Positions 9,163 through 17,301 of a stretch of 64,000 nt of DNA are shown piece by piece. The DNA is from Elusimicrobia bacterium GWA2_51_34. GTDB lineage: Bacteria > Elusimicrobiota > Elusimicrobia > Elusimicrobiales > UBA9959. The DNA is taken from positions 192,785 to 256,784 of the forward strand of contig MGTS01000021.1 of the NCBI GenBank assembly GCA_001799565.1, written 5' to 3'. Below the pieces are notes generated by a model that saw only the letters and a list, made by a program, of their open reading frames with translations, did no database searches and had not been told where the DNA came from. Every line of letters begins with the position of its first letter. Position 1 is the first letter of the stretch. A program made the position numbers and the translations under genes.

Positions 9163-9423
9163 TTATTTCGCGTGTTTGCCGATAAACTTGGCTATCTCAA
9201 ACATGCTGACCTGCTTTTTGCCGCCGAAAAACTTCCCAAGTTTCTCGTCAGCGTTGATCATCCTTCTGTTCTTCTTGTCCTGCAGGTCGTTCTTCTTTAT
9301 GTAGGCCCAGAGTTTCTTCACGATTTCGGTGCGGGCTACCGGCTTGTCGCCGATGATGTCCGAGAGAACCGTGTCGGGTGTAATGGGGGCCATGAACTTA
9401 GAGTTCGTTTTAGCTGATGCCAT
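9163..9423 (-). CDS. Stand-alone SWIB/MDM2-domain protein
   Basis: 86 aa with PITPDTVLSDIIGDKPVARTEIVKKLWAYIKKNDLQDKKNRRMINADEKLGKFFG, the SWIB signature. I chose the ATG at 9423 because AAGGAGGA lies upstream. Confidence 0.8.
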   Translation of the reverse strand: MASAKTNSKFMAPITPDTVLSDIIGDKPVARTEIVKKLWAYIKKNDLQDKKNRRMINADEKLGKFFGGKKQVSMFEIAKFIGKHAK

Positions 9424-9515
9424 GTGTGTACTTCCTCCTTGCGATTGCTGTCTTGCAAAGCATATTAACCTATTTTTCCCCTGTCTTGTCAATAGAAAAA
9501 ATTAATTAATATTTC

Positions 9516-11090
9516 CTATATTTTAGGCCCGGCTTTTACAATGGCTTCATTGGTAACGCCGAATTTGGCGAAATTTTTTGCGAACAGGCCCGCCAGTTCC
9601 AGACATTTCGCCTTGTAGGCGGCCTTATCGGGCCAGATATTTTCCGGGTTGAGTATATCGGAGGGCACTCCGGGACATTCAAGCGGCAGTTCAAAGCCGA
9701 AAACAGGATCTTTGCGGAATTTCGCGCCGACAAGAGCCCCCTCCAACGCCGCGTTCAGCAGCGCCCTGGTGTTTTTAATGCTTATGCGCCTGCCCACACC
9801 GTACGGCCCCCCCGCCAGGCCCGTGTTTATAAGCCAGCAGGAAGCTGATTTCGCGCGCATTTTTTTTTCAAGCAGCTCCGCGTAGACGGAAGGATGGTGG
9901 CTCATGAAAGGCGCGCCGAAGCAGGCGCTGAATGTGGCTTTCGGCTCTTTAATACCCATCTCGGTATTGGCCACCTTTGCCGTGTAGCCGGAAATAAAGT
10001 GATACATAGCCTGCTCATAAGAAAGCCTGGCGATCGGCGGCAAAACGCCGAAAGCGTCGTAGGTAAGCATAACTATGTTATTCGGCTGGGCGAATACCGC
10101 GCCCTTTATGGCGTTATTTATGAATTCAAGCGGATAAGCGGCGCGGGTGTTTTCGGTAAGCGAGCCGTCATTAAGGTCAAGCTCCCTGGTAGCGGGGTTA
10201 TAAACCACATTCTCAAGCACAGTGCCGAAACGCCGGGTGGTAGCGTAGATCTGGGGTTCGGCCTCGGCGGAAAGGTTTATAACCTTGGCGTAGCAGCCGC
10301 CCTCAAAGTTAAAAATTCCGTCATCCGACCAGGCATGTTCGTCATCGCCTATCAGCCGGCGCGCCGGGTCGGAGGAAAGCGTGGTTTTGCCGGTACCGGA
10401 AAGCCCGAAAAATATAGCCGTGTCGCCTTTGGGCCCCAGATTGGCGGAGCAGTGCATGGGCATAACGCCCTTCAAAGGAAGCAGGTAATTCATTATGGTA
10501 AACACGGCCTTCTTTATCTCTCCGGCGTATCCTGTTCCGCCTATAAGCACAAGCTTGCGCCTGAAGTTGACTAAAATGAAAGTGCCGGTGCGGGTGCCGT
10601 CCGATTTAGGCTCGGCCTTGAAACCCGGCGCGGCAATAATGGTAAATTCAGGTTTCACTGTTTCGCCGGCGGCGGGCTCTATCAGCAGGCTTTTAACAAA
10701 CAGGCTGTGCCAGGCGTACTCGGTTATTATCCGCACGCCAAGGCGGTTTTTGGGGTCGGAACCCGCGAAACAATCGCGGACATAGATATCCTTATCCGAA
10801 AGATAGCCCGCCATTTTTGCGGCCAGCGCGTCAAATTTGTCCTCTTCAAAGGGGACATTGTAATCCCCCCACCAGATATTTTTCCGGCTGGTTTCCTCTT
10901 TTACAACAAATTTGTCCTGCGCGGCCCGAGCCGTGTGAAGGCCGGTTTTTACCGCCAATACGCCGCCGGCGGCTATCTGCCCCTCTTTCTTAGCGACAGC
11001 GTGCTCGTAAAGCTCGGGCGCCGACAGATTGCTAAATGTTGTTTTTGAAGTTTTCAAGTCTGCCATCGCGGTTGATGCTTTTATTTCCAT
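9516..11090 (-). CDS. pckA: Phosphoenolpyruvate carboxykinase (ATP)
   Basis: 524 aa with kinase-1a GLSGTGKTTLS and ATP-type PckA similarity along the full length. Confidence 0.95.
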   Translation of the reverse strand: MEIKASTAMADLKTSKTTFSNLSAPELYEHAVAKKEGQIAAGGVLAVKTGLHTARAAQDKFVVKEETSRKNIWWGDYNVPFEEDKFDALAAKMAGYLSDKDIYVRDCFAGSDPKNRLGVRIITEYAWHSLFVKSLLIEPAAGETVKPEFTIIAAPGFKAEPKSDGTRTGTFILVNFRRKLVLIGGTGYAGEIKKAVFTIMNYLLPLKGVMPMHCSANLGPKGDTAIFFGLSGTGKTTLSSDPARRLIGDDEHAWSDDGIFNFEGGCYAKVINLSAEAEPQIYATTRRFGTVLENVVYNPATRELDLNDGSLTENTRAAYPLEFINNAIKGAVFAQPNNIVMLTYDAFGVLPPIARLSYEQAMYHFISGYTAKVANTEMGIKEPKATFSACFGAPFMSHHPSVYAELLEKKMRAKSASCWLINTGLAGGPYGVGRRISIKNTRALLNAALEGALVGAKFRKDPVFGFELPLECPGVPSDILNPENIWPDKAAYKAKCLELAGLFAKNFAKFGVTNEAIVKAGPKI

Positions 11091-11110
11091 AAAGTTCTCA
11101 TCAAGAAGTT

Positions 11111-11176
11111 AGAATACAGTATACAGAATACCGCCTTCCGACTACTGACTACTGACTACTGAATTCTGTCTTCTCT
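11111..11176. repeat. Intergenic repeat: (GACTACT)x3 tandem heptamer plus a short inverted repeat ACAGAAT/ATTCTGT
   Basis: The sequence is agaatacagtatacagaataccgccttccgactactgactactgactactgaattctgtcttct, in the pckA/aminotransferase spacer. Confidence 0.7.
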
Positions 11177-11181
11177 TTTAC

Positions 11182-12342
11182 TTATTCCAACGCCTTTCTG
11201 ATGCGCTCCACGCCTTCAATAATATCCGTCAGGGACCCGCAATAACTTAAACGCAAGTGCCCCTCAAGCCCGAACTCTTTGCCCGGCACGGCAACCACCA
11301 GGGCTTTCTCAAGCAGCATGGCCGCAAGCCGGGCCGAATCGGAATCGTAAGCGCTGAAATCGGGAAAACAGTAGAAGGTGCCCTGCGGCTTGCGCAGTTT
11401 AACCTTTTTTAATTTGGCCAGTTCGGTCAGCATGGTATCGCGCTTTTTTTCAAGGCCGGAGCGCAGAGTTTCCACAAAATCGTCGGTTCCGCGAAGCGCG
11501 CCAAGGGCGGCCTTCTGGCTTAAGGCGGAAGGGCAGGAGGTAACCTGCGCCTGCACCTTAGCCATGGCTTTGGAAACAGCCTCAGACCCCACGCTCCAGC
11601 CTATACGAAAGCCCGTCATGGAATAGGTTTTGGAAACACCGTTTATGGAAACAATAACTGAGTCTTCAAGGCCGCGCGTTGAAAAAGAGAACGCGGACGG
11701 CGCCTTGGCACCGTCAAACACCAGACGGTTGTAAATGTCATCCATAAGAAGGTAGATGTTGCGGTATTCGCAGATTTCCACCATCTCCCGTATAAACTCC
11801 GCGCTGTAAAGCTGGCCGGAGGGATTATTGGGGCTGTTTAAAAGCACCGCTCTGGTATTTGAGGTTATGCGGGCTTCCATGTCTTCCGCCGTTGGAACAA
11901 GTTCGCCGGGCCGCGGCGGCACCGCCACTGGCATGCCGTAAACCATTTTTACCATTTCAGGATAGCTTACCCAGTAGGGCGCCGGAAAAACCACATGGTC
12001 GCCGGGATTAATGACCGCCATTAAAAAATTGTAAATAGCCTGCTTGGCGCCGGAAGAAACCACAATATTCTTCGGTTCTGGTTCCAAACCGTAATGTTTT
12101 TTGGTGTAAAGGCAGAGTTCCTTTTTAAGTTCAGCCGTGCCGGTGGTAGGAGTGTAGCGCACAAAACCGGCGGAAAGGTTTTTTTCAGCCTCTTCACGGG
12201 CGCCCGAAGGGATCATCTCTTCCGGCTCCCCCCCGCCAAGGTGGATAACCGGTTTTCCCGCGGCTTTTAAGTTCCCGGCCAGTTCATTAAGCTTTAAGGT
12301 GGCCGATTGGCCGATAGACATGGCAAGTTGGCTCAAATGCAT
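11182..12342 (-). CDS. Pyridoxal-phosphate aminotransferase, class I (aspartate/aromatic type)
   Basis: 386 aa with NPSG and the PLP-lysine motif SKTYSMTGFRIGW. Substrate was not determined. Confidence 0.85.
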   Translation of the reverse strand: MHLSQLAMSIGQSATLKLNELAGNLKAAGKPVIHLGGGEPEEMIPSGAREEAEKNLSAGFVRYTPTTGTAELKKELCLYTKKHYGLEPEPKNIVVSSGAKQAIYNFLMAVINPGDHVVFPAPYWVSYPEMVKMVYGMPVAVPPRPGELVPTAEDMEARITSNTRAVLLNSPNNPSGQLYSAEFIREMVEICEYRNIYLLMDDIYNRLVFDGAKAPSAFSFSTRGLEDSVIVSINGVSKTYSMTGFRIGWSVGSEAVSKAMAKVQAQVTSCPSALSQKAALGALRGTDDFVETLRSGLEKKRDTMLTELAKLKKVKLRKPQGTFYCFPDFSAYDSDSARLAAMLLEKALVVAVPGKEFGLEGHLRLSYCGSLTDIIEGVERIRKALE

Positions 12343-12346
12343 AGGG

Positions 12347-12438
12347 GTAAGTGGTTAGTGGACAGTGATCAGTGGTTAGTGAACAGCAGTGAAAACTTCC
12401 GGCCATTGCCCACTGGCCACTGCTCACTGACCACTTAG
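12347..12438. repeat. Intergenic imperfect palindrome, word CAGTGG/CCACTG
   Basis: Left arm is gtaagtggttagtggacagtgatcagtggttagtgaacagcagtg and right arm is cattgcccactggccactgctcactgaccactta. Confidence 0.8.
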
Positions 12439-12448
12439 TAAATCTTTA

Positions 12449-12520
12449 AGGCGCGGGCGGGAATCGAACCCGCGAATAGCAGTTTTGCAGACTGCCGCCT
12501 TACCACTTGGCCACCGCGCC
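12449..12520 (-). tRNA. tRNA-Cys (GCA)
   Basis: The reverse complement ggcgcggtggccaagtggtaaggcggcagtctGCAaaactgctattcgcgggttcgattcccgcccgcgcct folds as a cloverleaf. It has a 7-bp acceptor stem, a GGTTCGATTCC T-arm and a U73 discriminator. No CCA is encoded. Confidence 0.93.
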
Positions 12521-12619
12521 GTTATTGATACATATTACAAAACTTGGCATAAAGAAAAAAACGACTTCGGATGCGTCATCATGTTGAATACAAGTGTTTT
12601 ATGGTTTCAATCAGCGCGC

Positions 12620-12647
12620 GGGGAATTAAGTATTATGTCACCGGATT
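12620..12647. repeat. Island module, element A copy 1 (GGGGAATTAAGTATTATGTCACCGGATT)
   Basis: Lies immediately 3' of the Fe-S gene stop. It matches copies at 14584-14611 and 16313-16344 over AAGTATTATGTCACCG. Confidence 0.8.
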
Positions 12648-12648
12648 A

Positions 12649-13536
12649 CTAAAGCCAGGCCGAACTTTTTATGTCCCCTTGCATACTTATTACCACATGC
12701 TTCACGGGGACTTTTCTTTTGGCGCTGCCAAGCGCCTCACGCACCATGGCCACCAGCCCCAGACAGCAGGGCACTTCCATGGTTACCACGGTCAACGTGT
12801 TAATTTGGGCGTCGTCAATAAGGCTTTTTATTTTTTCAATATATATTTCCCGGCCGGCGTCCAGCTTTGGGCAGGCTATGGCAAGGGCTTTGCCTTTGAG
12901 AAAATTATTATGGAAGTCACCATAAGCGTAAGCCGCGCAGTCTGCGGCCAGCACCACATCGGCTTTATTGAAATAAGGCGCCAGCGGTGAAACCAGGTGC
13001 AGCTGCACCGGCCACTGGCGCAGCTGTGATGCAACCGCGGCGGTTTCCACCAAACCGCTTTCTGCGCCGCTAGCCTTGGGGCCGAATGTCATTTCCCGCG
13101 CCCCCGGACACCCGCATGGAGTTCGCTCTGCCGCTTCCGGCTTATGACTTGCGCCCTGTGCCTTGCGGCTTTCCTCTTCCAAAGGGTTTGGAATGCACTT
13201 TTTTTTCAAAAAATCCAGCGCCTGCTTCAAAAAATCAGACTGACCATGGTCGTTAAGATGTTTTAAATGCGCTTTTACAGTGTTCCCGCCCATTTTCACC
13301 ATATTCTCCATCACTTTTTTTTCATCGTAGGGGACAGCCGCGCGCTCCTCTATGGTAATAGCTCCCTTCGGACATTCTCCAAGACAGGCCCCGAGTCCGT
13401 CACACAAAAGGTCGCTGATCAGCCGGGCTTTACCGTCTATAATCTGCAGCGCCCCTTCCGGGCAGTTAGGAATGCAAAGGCCGCAGCCGTCGCATTTGTC
13501 TTCGTCTATTTTTATTATTTTTCGTTTAGTTTTCAT
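12649..13536 (-). CDS. 4Fe-4S dicluster domain protein with a Cys-rich C-terminal domain
   Basis: 295 aa with an N-terminal CDGCGLCIPNCP...CDGLGACLGECP ferredoxin fold, then CGCPG and VPCCLG motifs. Function unknown. Confidence 0.75.
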   Translation of the reverse strand: MKTKRKIIKIDEDKCDGCGLCIPNCPEGALQIIDGKARLISDLLCDGLGACLGECPKGAITIEERAAVPYDEKKVMENMVKMGGNTVKAHLKHLNDHGQSDFLKQALDFLKKKCIPNPLEEESRKAQGASHKPEAAERTPCGCPGAREMTFGPKASGAESGLVETAAVASQLRQWPVQLHLVSPLAPYFNKADVVLAADCAAYAYGDFHNNFLKGKALAIACPKLDAGREIYIEKIKSLIDDAQINTLTVVTMEVPCCLGLVAMVREALGSAKRKVPVKHVVISMQGDIKSSAWL

Positions 13537-13569
13537 AAGCCCTTTAACTTACCGGCAAATTTCTTTCCA

Positions 13570-13604
13570 CCCCTCACTTTTTCCGAAGAGACCAAAGTGC
13601 GGGG
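13570..13604. repeat. H1 hairpin element, degenerate copy (cccctcactttttccgaagagaccaaagtgcgggg)
   Basis: The stem CCCC(T/G)CACTTT/AAAGTGCGGGG is shared with 30977-31013, 41471-41506 and 45900-45934. This copy lies in the 5' leader of the Fe-S gene. Confidence 0.7.
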
Positions 13605-13635
13605 CCAGCCCAGCTTCACAAATTCCTGATTTTCG

Positions 13636-13669
13636 ATCATCATTTTGTTGACCTCAACAAAATGATGAT
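13636..13669. promoter_or_regulatory. Perfect 16+2+16 palindrome ATCATCATTTTGTTGA-cc-TCAACAAAATGATGAT, a candidate operator
   Basis: The arms are exact reverse complements. It lies about 100 bp upstream of the Fe-S gene start, and no T-tract follows on either side, so it is not a classic terminator. Confidence 0.5.
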
Positions 13670-13939
13670 TTAGCCTGGAATAAAAACAGGAACACGGCTA
13701 TTTATTTTGCTTTTGGCCGGCCCCCGGGCAATCCATGAAGTTTTTGCCCTGTTTTAGACACTTTGTCTGAAAACACATTTTCCATCCTCTATAGCCTACC
13801 ACAATATTCACTTAAAAGTGAACATTAACAGAGAGGAGACCTGGTTTATGGGAACTTTCCTGATCTATGCCCGGTAACACAACCTATCGTGCAACCCATG
13901 AAATGAAAGGCCTGGTCCCGCGCCGTATAGCCTTCACCT

Positions 13940-14479
13940 TTACACCGGGCGGAACCCGATTTGCTTTTTAATACCAGATTGTTTGTCGTTTTCCGGCTGG
14001 TGCAGCCCGTTCATAAGCTGGCGTATTACATTAACGATAGCTTTTATTTCCGTGTCATGTCCGGCCAGTCTGCGTTCCAGTTTCATAAGCTTAACGGCAA
14101 GTTCTTTGTGGGCAGAGACCATTTCCCTCAATCGCACAAAGGCACGCACTACGGAGATACTGGCCTGTATTGCAGCTTCTGAGTTTACGGCGTTTGCCGC
14201 CTGTATGGCGCCGTATTCCGTAAAGGCGTATGGCAAATAGCGCCGGCCGCCCCGTCCTTTTGAGGTCGCAAAATGCGACCTCAAAGATTTGGCCTCAGCC
14301 AGCGTCAATTGAAATCTGAAATCCGCAGGGAATCGTTTGATATTGCGTTGTATCTGCTCATTCAACCGTTTCGTGGTTGTGCCGTATATCTCCGCCAATG
14401 AGAAGTCGAGTATTACTCTATGTCCCCGTACAAGAAATATTTTTGACTCAATCAATTCACGCGGAACAATTTCTTTTGA
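13940..14479 (-). CDS. ORF6N-domain (KilA-N-related) DNA-binding protein
   Basis: 179 aa from ATG at 14479 (MSKEIVPRELIESKIFLVRGHRVILDFSLAEIYGTTTKRLNEQIQRNIKRFPADFRFQLT...GGRRYLPYAFTEYGAIQAA) with a coiled-coil C-terminus. The longer ORF-track start lies inside the promoter module. Confidence 0.85.
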   Translation of the reverse strand, partial: SKEIVPRELIESKIFLVRGHRVILDFSLAEIYGTTTKRLNEQIQRNIKRFPADFRFQLTLAEAKSLRSHFATSKGRGGRRYLPYAFTEYGAIQAANAVNSEAAIQASISVVRAFVRLREMVSAHKELAVKLMKLERRLAGHDTEIKAIVNVIRQLMNGLHQPENDKQSGIKKQIGFRPV

Positions 14480-14542
14480 CATAATCCCCCCTTGTATTAC
14501 AAATAGCATAGCAGACCGACACGACACCCTCTTGTCGCGTTG
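14480..14542 (-). promoter_or_regulatory. Island module, element P copy 1: palindromic operator plus extended -10 plus RBS upstream of the ORF6N gene
   Basis: Gene-sense read is CAACGCGACAAGAGGGTGTCGTGTCGGTCTGCTATGCTATTTGTAATACAAGGGGGGATTATG. It contains inverted repeat CGACA/TGTCG and a TGcTATGCT -10. It aligns with 16541-16602 and 18372-18431. Confidence 0.6.
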
Positions 14543-14556
14543 ATTGAGAGAATTTT

Positions 14557-14611
14557 CGGGGGTTTTAAAACAACCCAAGGAGAGGAACTAAGTATTATGT
14601 CACCGGATTCC
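14557..14611. repeat. Island module, GTTTTAAAAC core plus element A copy 2
   Basis: The sequence cgggggttttaaaacaacccaaggagaggaactaagtattatgtcaccggattcc is 47/55 identical to 16288-16342. It starts 6 nt after the SDR stop. Confidence 0.85.
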
Positions 14612-14616
14612 GTATA

Positions 14617-16182
14617 CTACCAATCCGTCGGCTGATAATCCTTCAAAAATTTACCCCAGACATGTACGCCGGTATTGAAGCCGGAGATAATGGGGTCCAC
14701 AATGCGCGCCGCCCCGTCCACAATGTCCAGCGGCGGATGAAAGCGGTGCTCCTTTATTTTGCGCGCGGCTATCTGCGCCGGGTCCTCGTCCGTTACCCAG
14801 CCCGTATCCACGGAGTTCATGTGAATGCCGCCTGCCTGATAGTCCGCCGCTGAAGTGCGCGTCATCATATTAAGCGCGGCCTTGGCCATGTTCGTGTGCG
14901 GATGCCGCGTGGTTTTGAACTTCCTGTAAAATTGCCCCTCCACCGCCGATACGTTTACTATGTGCTTGTCGCGTTCCGGCGCGCGGAGCATAAGGGGTTT
15001 AAGCCGCGCGTTCAGGATGAACGGCGCTACGGCATTAACCAGCTGCACTTCAAGCAATTCCACCGCCGGCACTTCCGCCATAAGCAGCCGCCACGAATTG
15101 CGCTCGCGCAGGTCCACCTGCTGCAGATCCTGGTCAAGCCTGCCTTCGGGAAACAAATCCTTCTGCGCCGCAAGTTCGTCCGGCAGCAGCGGAACCTGCG
15201 ACAGCGCCGCCGCGTGCGTCAGCCCGGCCATCTGCGAAATGCCCGGCAGCGGCGCGGCGGAAAGCCTTTGCCCGCGGGCCGCCGCTCCTTCAGGTAAAAT
15301 GTGGTAGCCGCGCAAGCCCTCGTAAGCTCCCAGCAATTTGCGTGCGCTCTCCGGCATATCGCGCAGCGGCCCCTGCTCGCCTTCCATCATGTGCCCGTAA
15401 TATTCCGGCGGGCGCCGCACGGTCTGACACGCGTTGTTTATTATAAAATCCAGCCGCGTGCGCGTTGCAAGCAGGTGCCCGCAGAACGCTTCCACGCTCG
15501 GCGTATGGCGCAGGTCCAGCCCGAAAATTTCCAGCCTGTTCCCCCATTCCTTAAAATCAGGTTCGGCCGCGTAACGCCGGGCCGAGTCGCGCGGAAACCG
15601 CGTGCTGACAATAAGCTGCGCTCCCGCGCGCAGCAGCTTGATGCCCGCCTGATAACCTATCTTTACGCGCCCGCCGGTGAGCAGCGCCACGCGCCCGCGC
15701 AAATCCGCCGTCTCCGTGCGTTTGCGGAAATTCAGCTCCGCGCACGGCAGGCAAAGCTGGTCGTAGAAATGATGCAGTTGCGTGTAATTCTGTTTGCAGA
15801 TGTAGCAGTTCTGCTCCTCGTGCGCCGAACCAGGTTCCGGCTTGTCCGCTAATTCCAGCTGCTTGAAGCCGGAAGGCGGCTGCGCGTTGGGCGTGGTAAA
15901 AACGGACTGCCGGCGCAATTTGCGGATGCCGGTCCGGTTCAGCACGCTCTCGGCGCGTTCGGATTTGTCGGCCTTACGCTGGCGCACATACGCCTTAACC
16001 AACTGCCGCCGGGCACGGGCGTCGGGGCGGGAAATCTGGCCGGCGGCCGACAGCAACCGGGTGCATTCATCCTTGGAAACGCCGATGAGCAACCCGCGGT
16101 TGCCGGCGATAGCTTCCAGTAATTCAGCGGCGGCCTGCACCCGCTCCGCCAAAGTGGACTGTTTCAATTTATCGGTAGTCAT
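14617..16182 (-). CDS. Short-chain dehydrogenase/reductase-like protein with a long N-terminal extension and a CxxC...CxxC zinc-ribbon-like motif
   Basis: 521 aa. The N-terminal ~170 aa has no fold I recognise and includes [27 protein letters not shown]. Then come the Rossmann motif [18 protein letters not shown], and MAKAALN in the position of the SDR YxxxK motif. The gene is visibly GC-richer than its neighbours. Confidence 0.7.
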   Translation of the reverse strand: MTTDKLKQSTLAERVQAAAELLEAIAGNRGLLIGVSKDECTRLLSAAGQISRPDARARRQLVKAYVRQRKADKSERAESVLNRTGIRKLRRQSVFTTPNAQPPSGFKQLELADKPEPGSAHEEQNCYICKQNYTQLHHFYDQLCLPCAELNFRKRTETADLRGRVALLTGGRVKIGYQAGIKLLRAGAQLIVSTRFPRDSARRYAAEPDFKEWGNRLEIFGLDLRHTPSVEAFCGHLLATRTRLDFIINNACQTVRRPPEYYGHMMEGEQGPLRDMPESARKLLGAYEGLRGYHILPEGAAARGQRLSAAPLPGISQMAGLTHAAALSQVPLLPDELAAQKDLFPEGRLDQDLQQVDLRERNSWRLLMAEVPAVELLEVQLVNAVAPFILNARLKPLMLRAPERDKHIVNVSAVEGQFYRKFKTTRHPHTNMAKAALNMMTRTSAADYQAGGIHMNSVDTGWVTDEDPAQIAARKIKEHRFHPPLDIVDGAARIVDPIISGFNTGVHVWGKFLKDYQPTDW

Positions 16183-16219
16183 CTAAATAATTTGCGAAAA
16201 GCGCGCTTCACTGTCATCT

Positions 16220-16272
16220 ATTATAACTATAAACCACCCCTATCAGGCCATGGCCCCCAGGGCCGTGCCATG
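16220..16272 (-). promoter_or_regulatory. Possible SDR promoter: TATAAT (16225-16220, gene sense) preceded by palindrome CATGGC-N13-GCCATG
   Basis: Gene-sense read is gcATGGCacggccctgggggCCATggcctgataggggtggtttatagtTATAATagatgac. It occupies the position taken by element P in the other modules. Confidence 0.3.
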
Positions 16273-16287
16273 CGAATTTACACAATT

Positions 16288-16344
16288 GCGGGGTTTTAAA
16301 ACAGCCCAAAGCGGGGAATTAAGTATTATGTCACCGAATTCCCC
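16288..16344. repeat. Island module, GTTTTAAAAC core plus element A copy 3
   Basis: The sequence is gcggggttttaaaacagcccaaagcGGGGAATTaagtattatgtcaccgAATTCCCC. Element A here forms a perfect 8-bp stem with a 16-nt loop and overlaps the 3' end of the 69-aa ORF. Confidence 0.85.
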
Positions 16345-16540
16345 GTTTCCTTTTGTGTCGATATATTATTTGGGCGGCCAACTCCGGGCTGCAGAGTATG
16401 CCGGTAAATGCGGACTCTCTTCGCGGACCGTTGGGAAACATTTTTGTCCTGACAGATGCCAGCCTTCCGCTGTCATTTCCGCCAGTCACTTCCGCCTTAT
16501 AGTTACGGGTTGAGTACCTGGAAATACTTATTTCACACAT
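16331..16540 (-). CDS. Hypothetical 69-aa protein (coding status uncertain)
   Basis: Starts with ATG at 16540, 4 nt after AGGAGG and directly downstream of element P copy 2. I recognise no similarity, and it could instead be a transcribed leader. Confidence 0.3.
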   Translation of the reverse strand: MCEISISRYSTRNYKAEVTGGNDSGRLASVRTKMFPNGPRRESAFTGILCSPELAAQIIYRHKRKRGIR

Positions 16541-16602
16541 AGCGCCTCCTTTTGATAGCAAAATAGTATAGCAGGCCACCACGACAACGTATTGTCGCGT
16601 TG
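16541..16602 (-). promoter_or_regulatory. Island module, element P copy 2
   Basis: Gene-sense read is CAACGCGACAATACGTTGTCGTGGTGGCCTGCTATACTATTTTGCTATCAAAAGGAGGCGCTATG. The 40-nt core at 16563-16602 is 35/40 identical to 18392-18431. Confidence 0.6.
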
Positions 16603-16751
16603 TTTTTGTGAATGATCCCAATGGTCCCTGTGGTTTCAATCCGCTTTGACGGGGAAAGCATAAAGGAATTAGTTCCGGCCTTATACATAAAGGAGTCGAA
16701 TTCGACCCCTTTAAAACTCGGGGATGATAATATTTTAGCTCCAGCCAATTT

Positions 16752-16776
16752 CTCGCACCAACGGTGCGAGTTTTTC
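16752..16776 (+). terminator. Orphan intrinsic terminator on the + strand
   Basis: ctcgcacc-aac-ggtgcgag followed by TTTTT. It sits in a 350-bp gene-free gap where all annotated genes are on the - strand. Confidence 0.5.
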
Positions 16777-16992
16777 ATTCTGCGAGTAAATCTCATAAAA
16801 AATCCGCATCCGCCACAGGGGAAAAGGCTCCTGCTGCCTTTTGCAAACTTGAGGTAACAAATTGTGACCTCAAGTTACGCGCAGGGTGCCGATATAAAAT
16901 CAGGGTTGAAGATCCGTGGGCTGGCGTGCAATAGCCGTCCCGTCCCGGCGGCGGGTTCTGCCACCGCCGGACCCGTGTTTAATTAAGACTGG

Positions 16993-17301
16993 TCACTCTT
17001 CGTCCGGCTCCACCCAGTCTATGACCGTGCCGCCGCTGTTCGGATAATACGGGCTTACAAGCCAGTCCATATCGTCGCCTCGCAGAACACGGAAATCCCC
17101 CGCCTTGAACTGCTTATCCTCGTGGATATCCAGCAGCACGGCGTCAAGGGAAGGGACCGGCACAAAAGGATAAAGTTTTTTCAGCACTTCCTCCTTTTTA
17201 TCCGCCGGTATAATATACTCGTCCACATAGCCGCCTTCCACCTTAAGAAGCCGGGTGGGAAACGGCAGCGGCAGGTCCCCAGGCTTATCCATAGTTTTCA
17301 T
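16993..17301 (-). CDS. Hypothetical 102-aa acidic protein, translationally coupled to the DUF1016 nuclease gene
   Basis: Its start ATG overlaps the upstream TGA (ATGA at 17298-17301). I recognise no domain. Confidence 0.6.
   Translation of the reverse strand: MKTMDKPGDLPLPFPTRLLKVEGGYVDEYIIPADKKEEVLKKLYPFVPVPSLDAVLLDIHEDKQFKAGDFRVLRGDDMDWLVSPYYPNSGGTVIDWVEPDEE

Noticed and set aside
9894-10574. 226-aa plus-strand ORF, and similar ones at 19208-19870, 15301-15852 and 14896-15297
   Set aside because: They are antisense to pckA, the ABC-F gene and the GC-rich SDR gene respectively, and all lack RBSs and motifs.
16331-16639. Full 102-aa version of the small ORF, and the overlapping ORFs 16533-16796 (-) and 16612-16857 (+)
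   Set aside because: The upstream 33 codons of the 102-aa version run through the conserved promoter/operator element P copy 2, so only the 69-aa version after the RBS is retained, at low confidence. The other two ORFs cross hairpins or the terminator and have no RBS.
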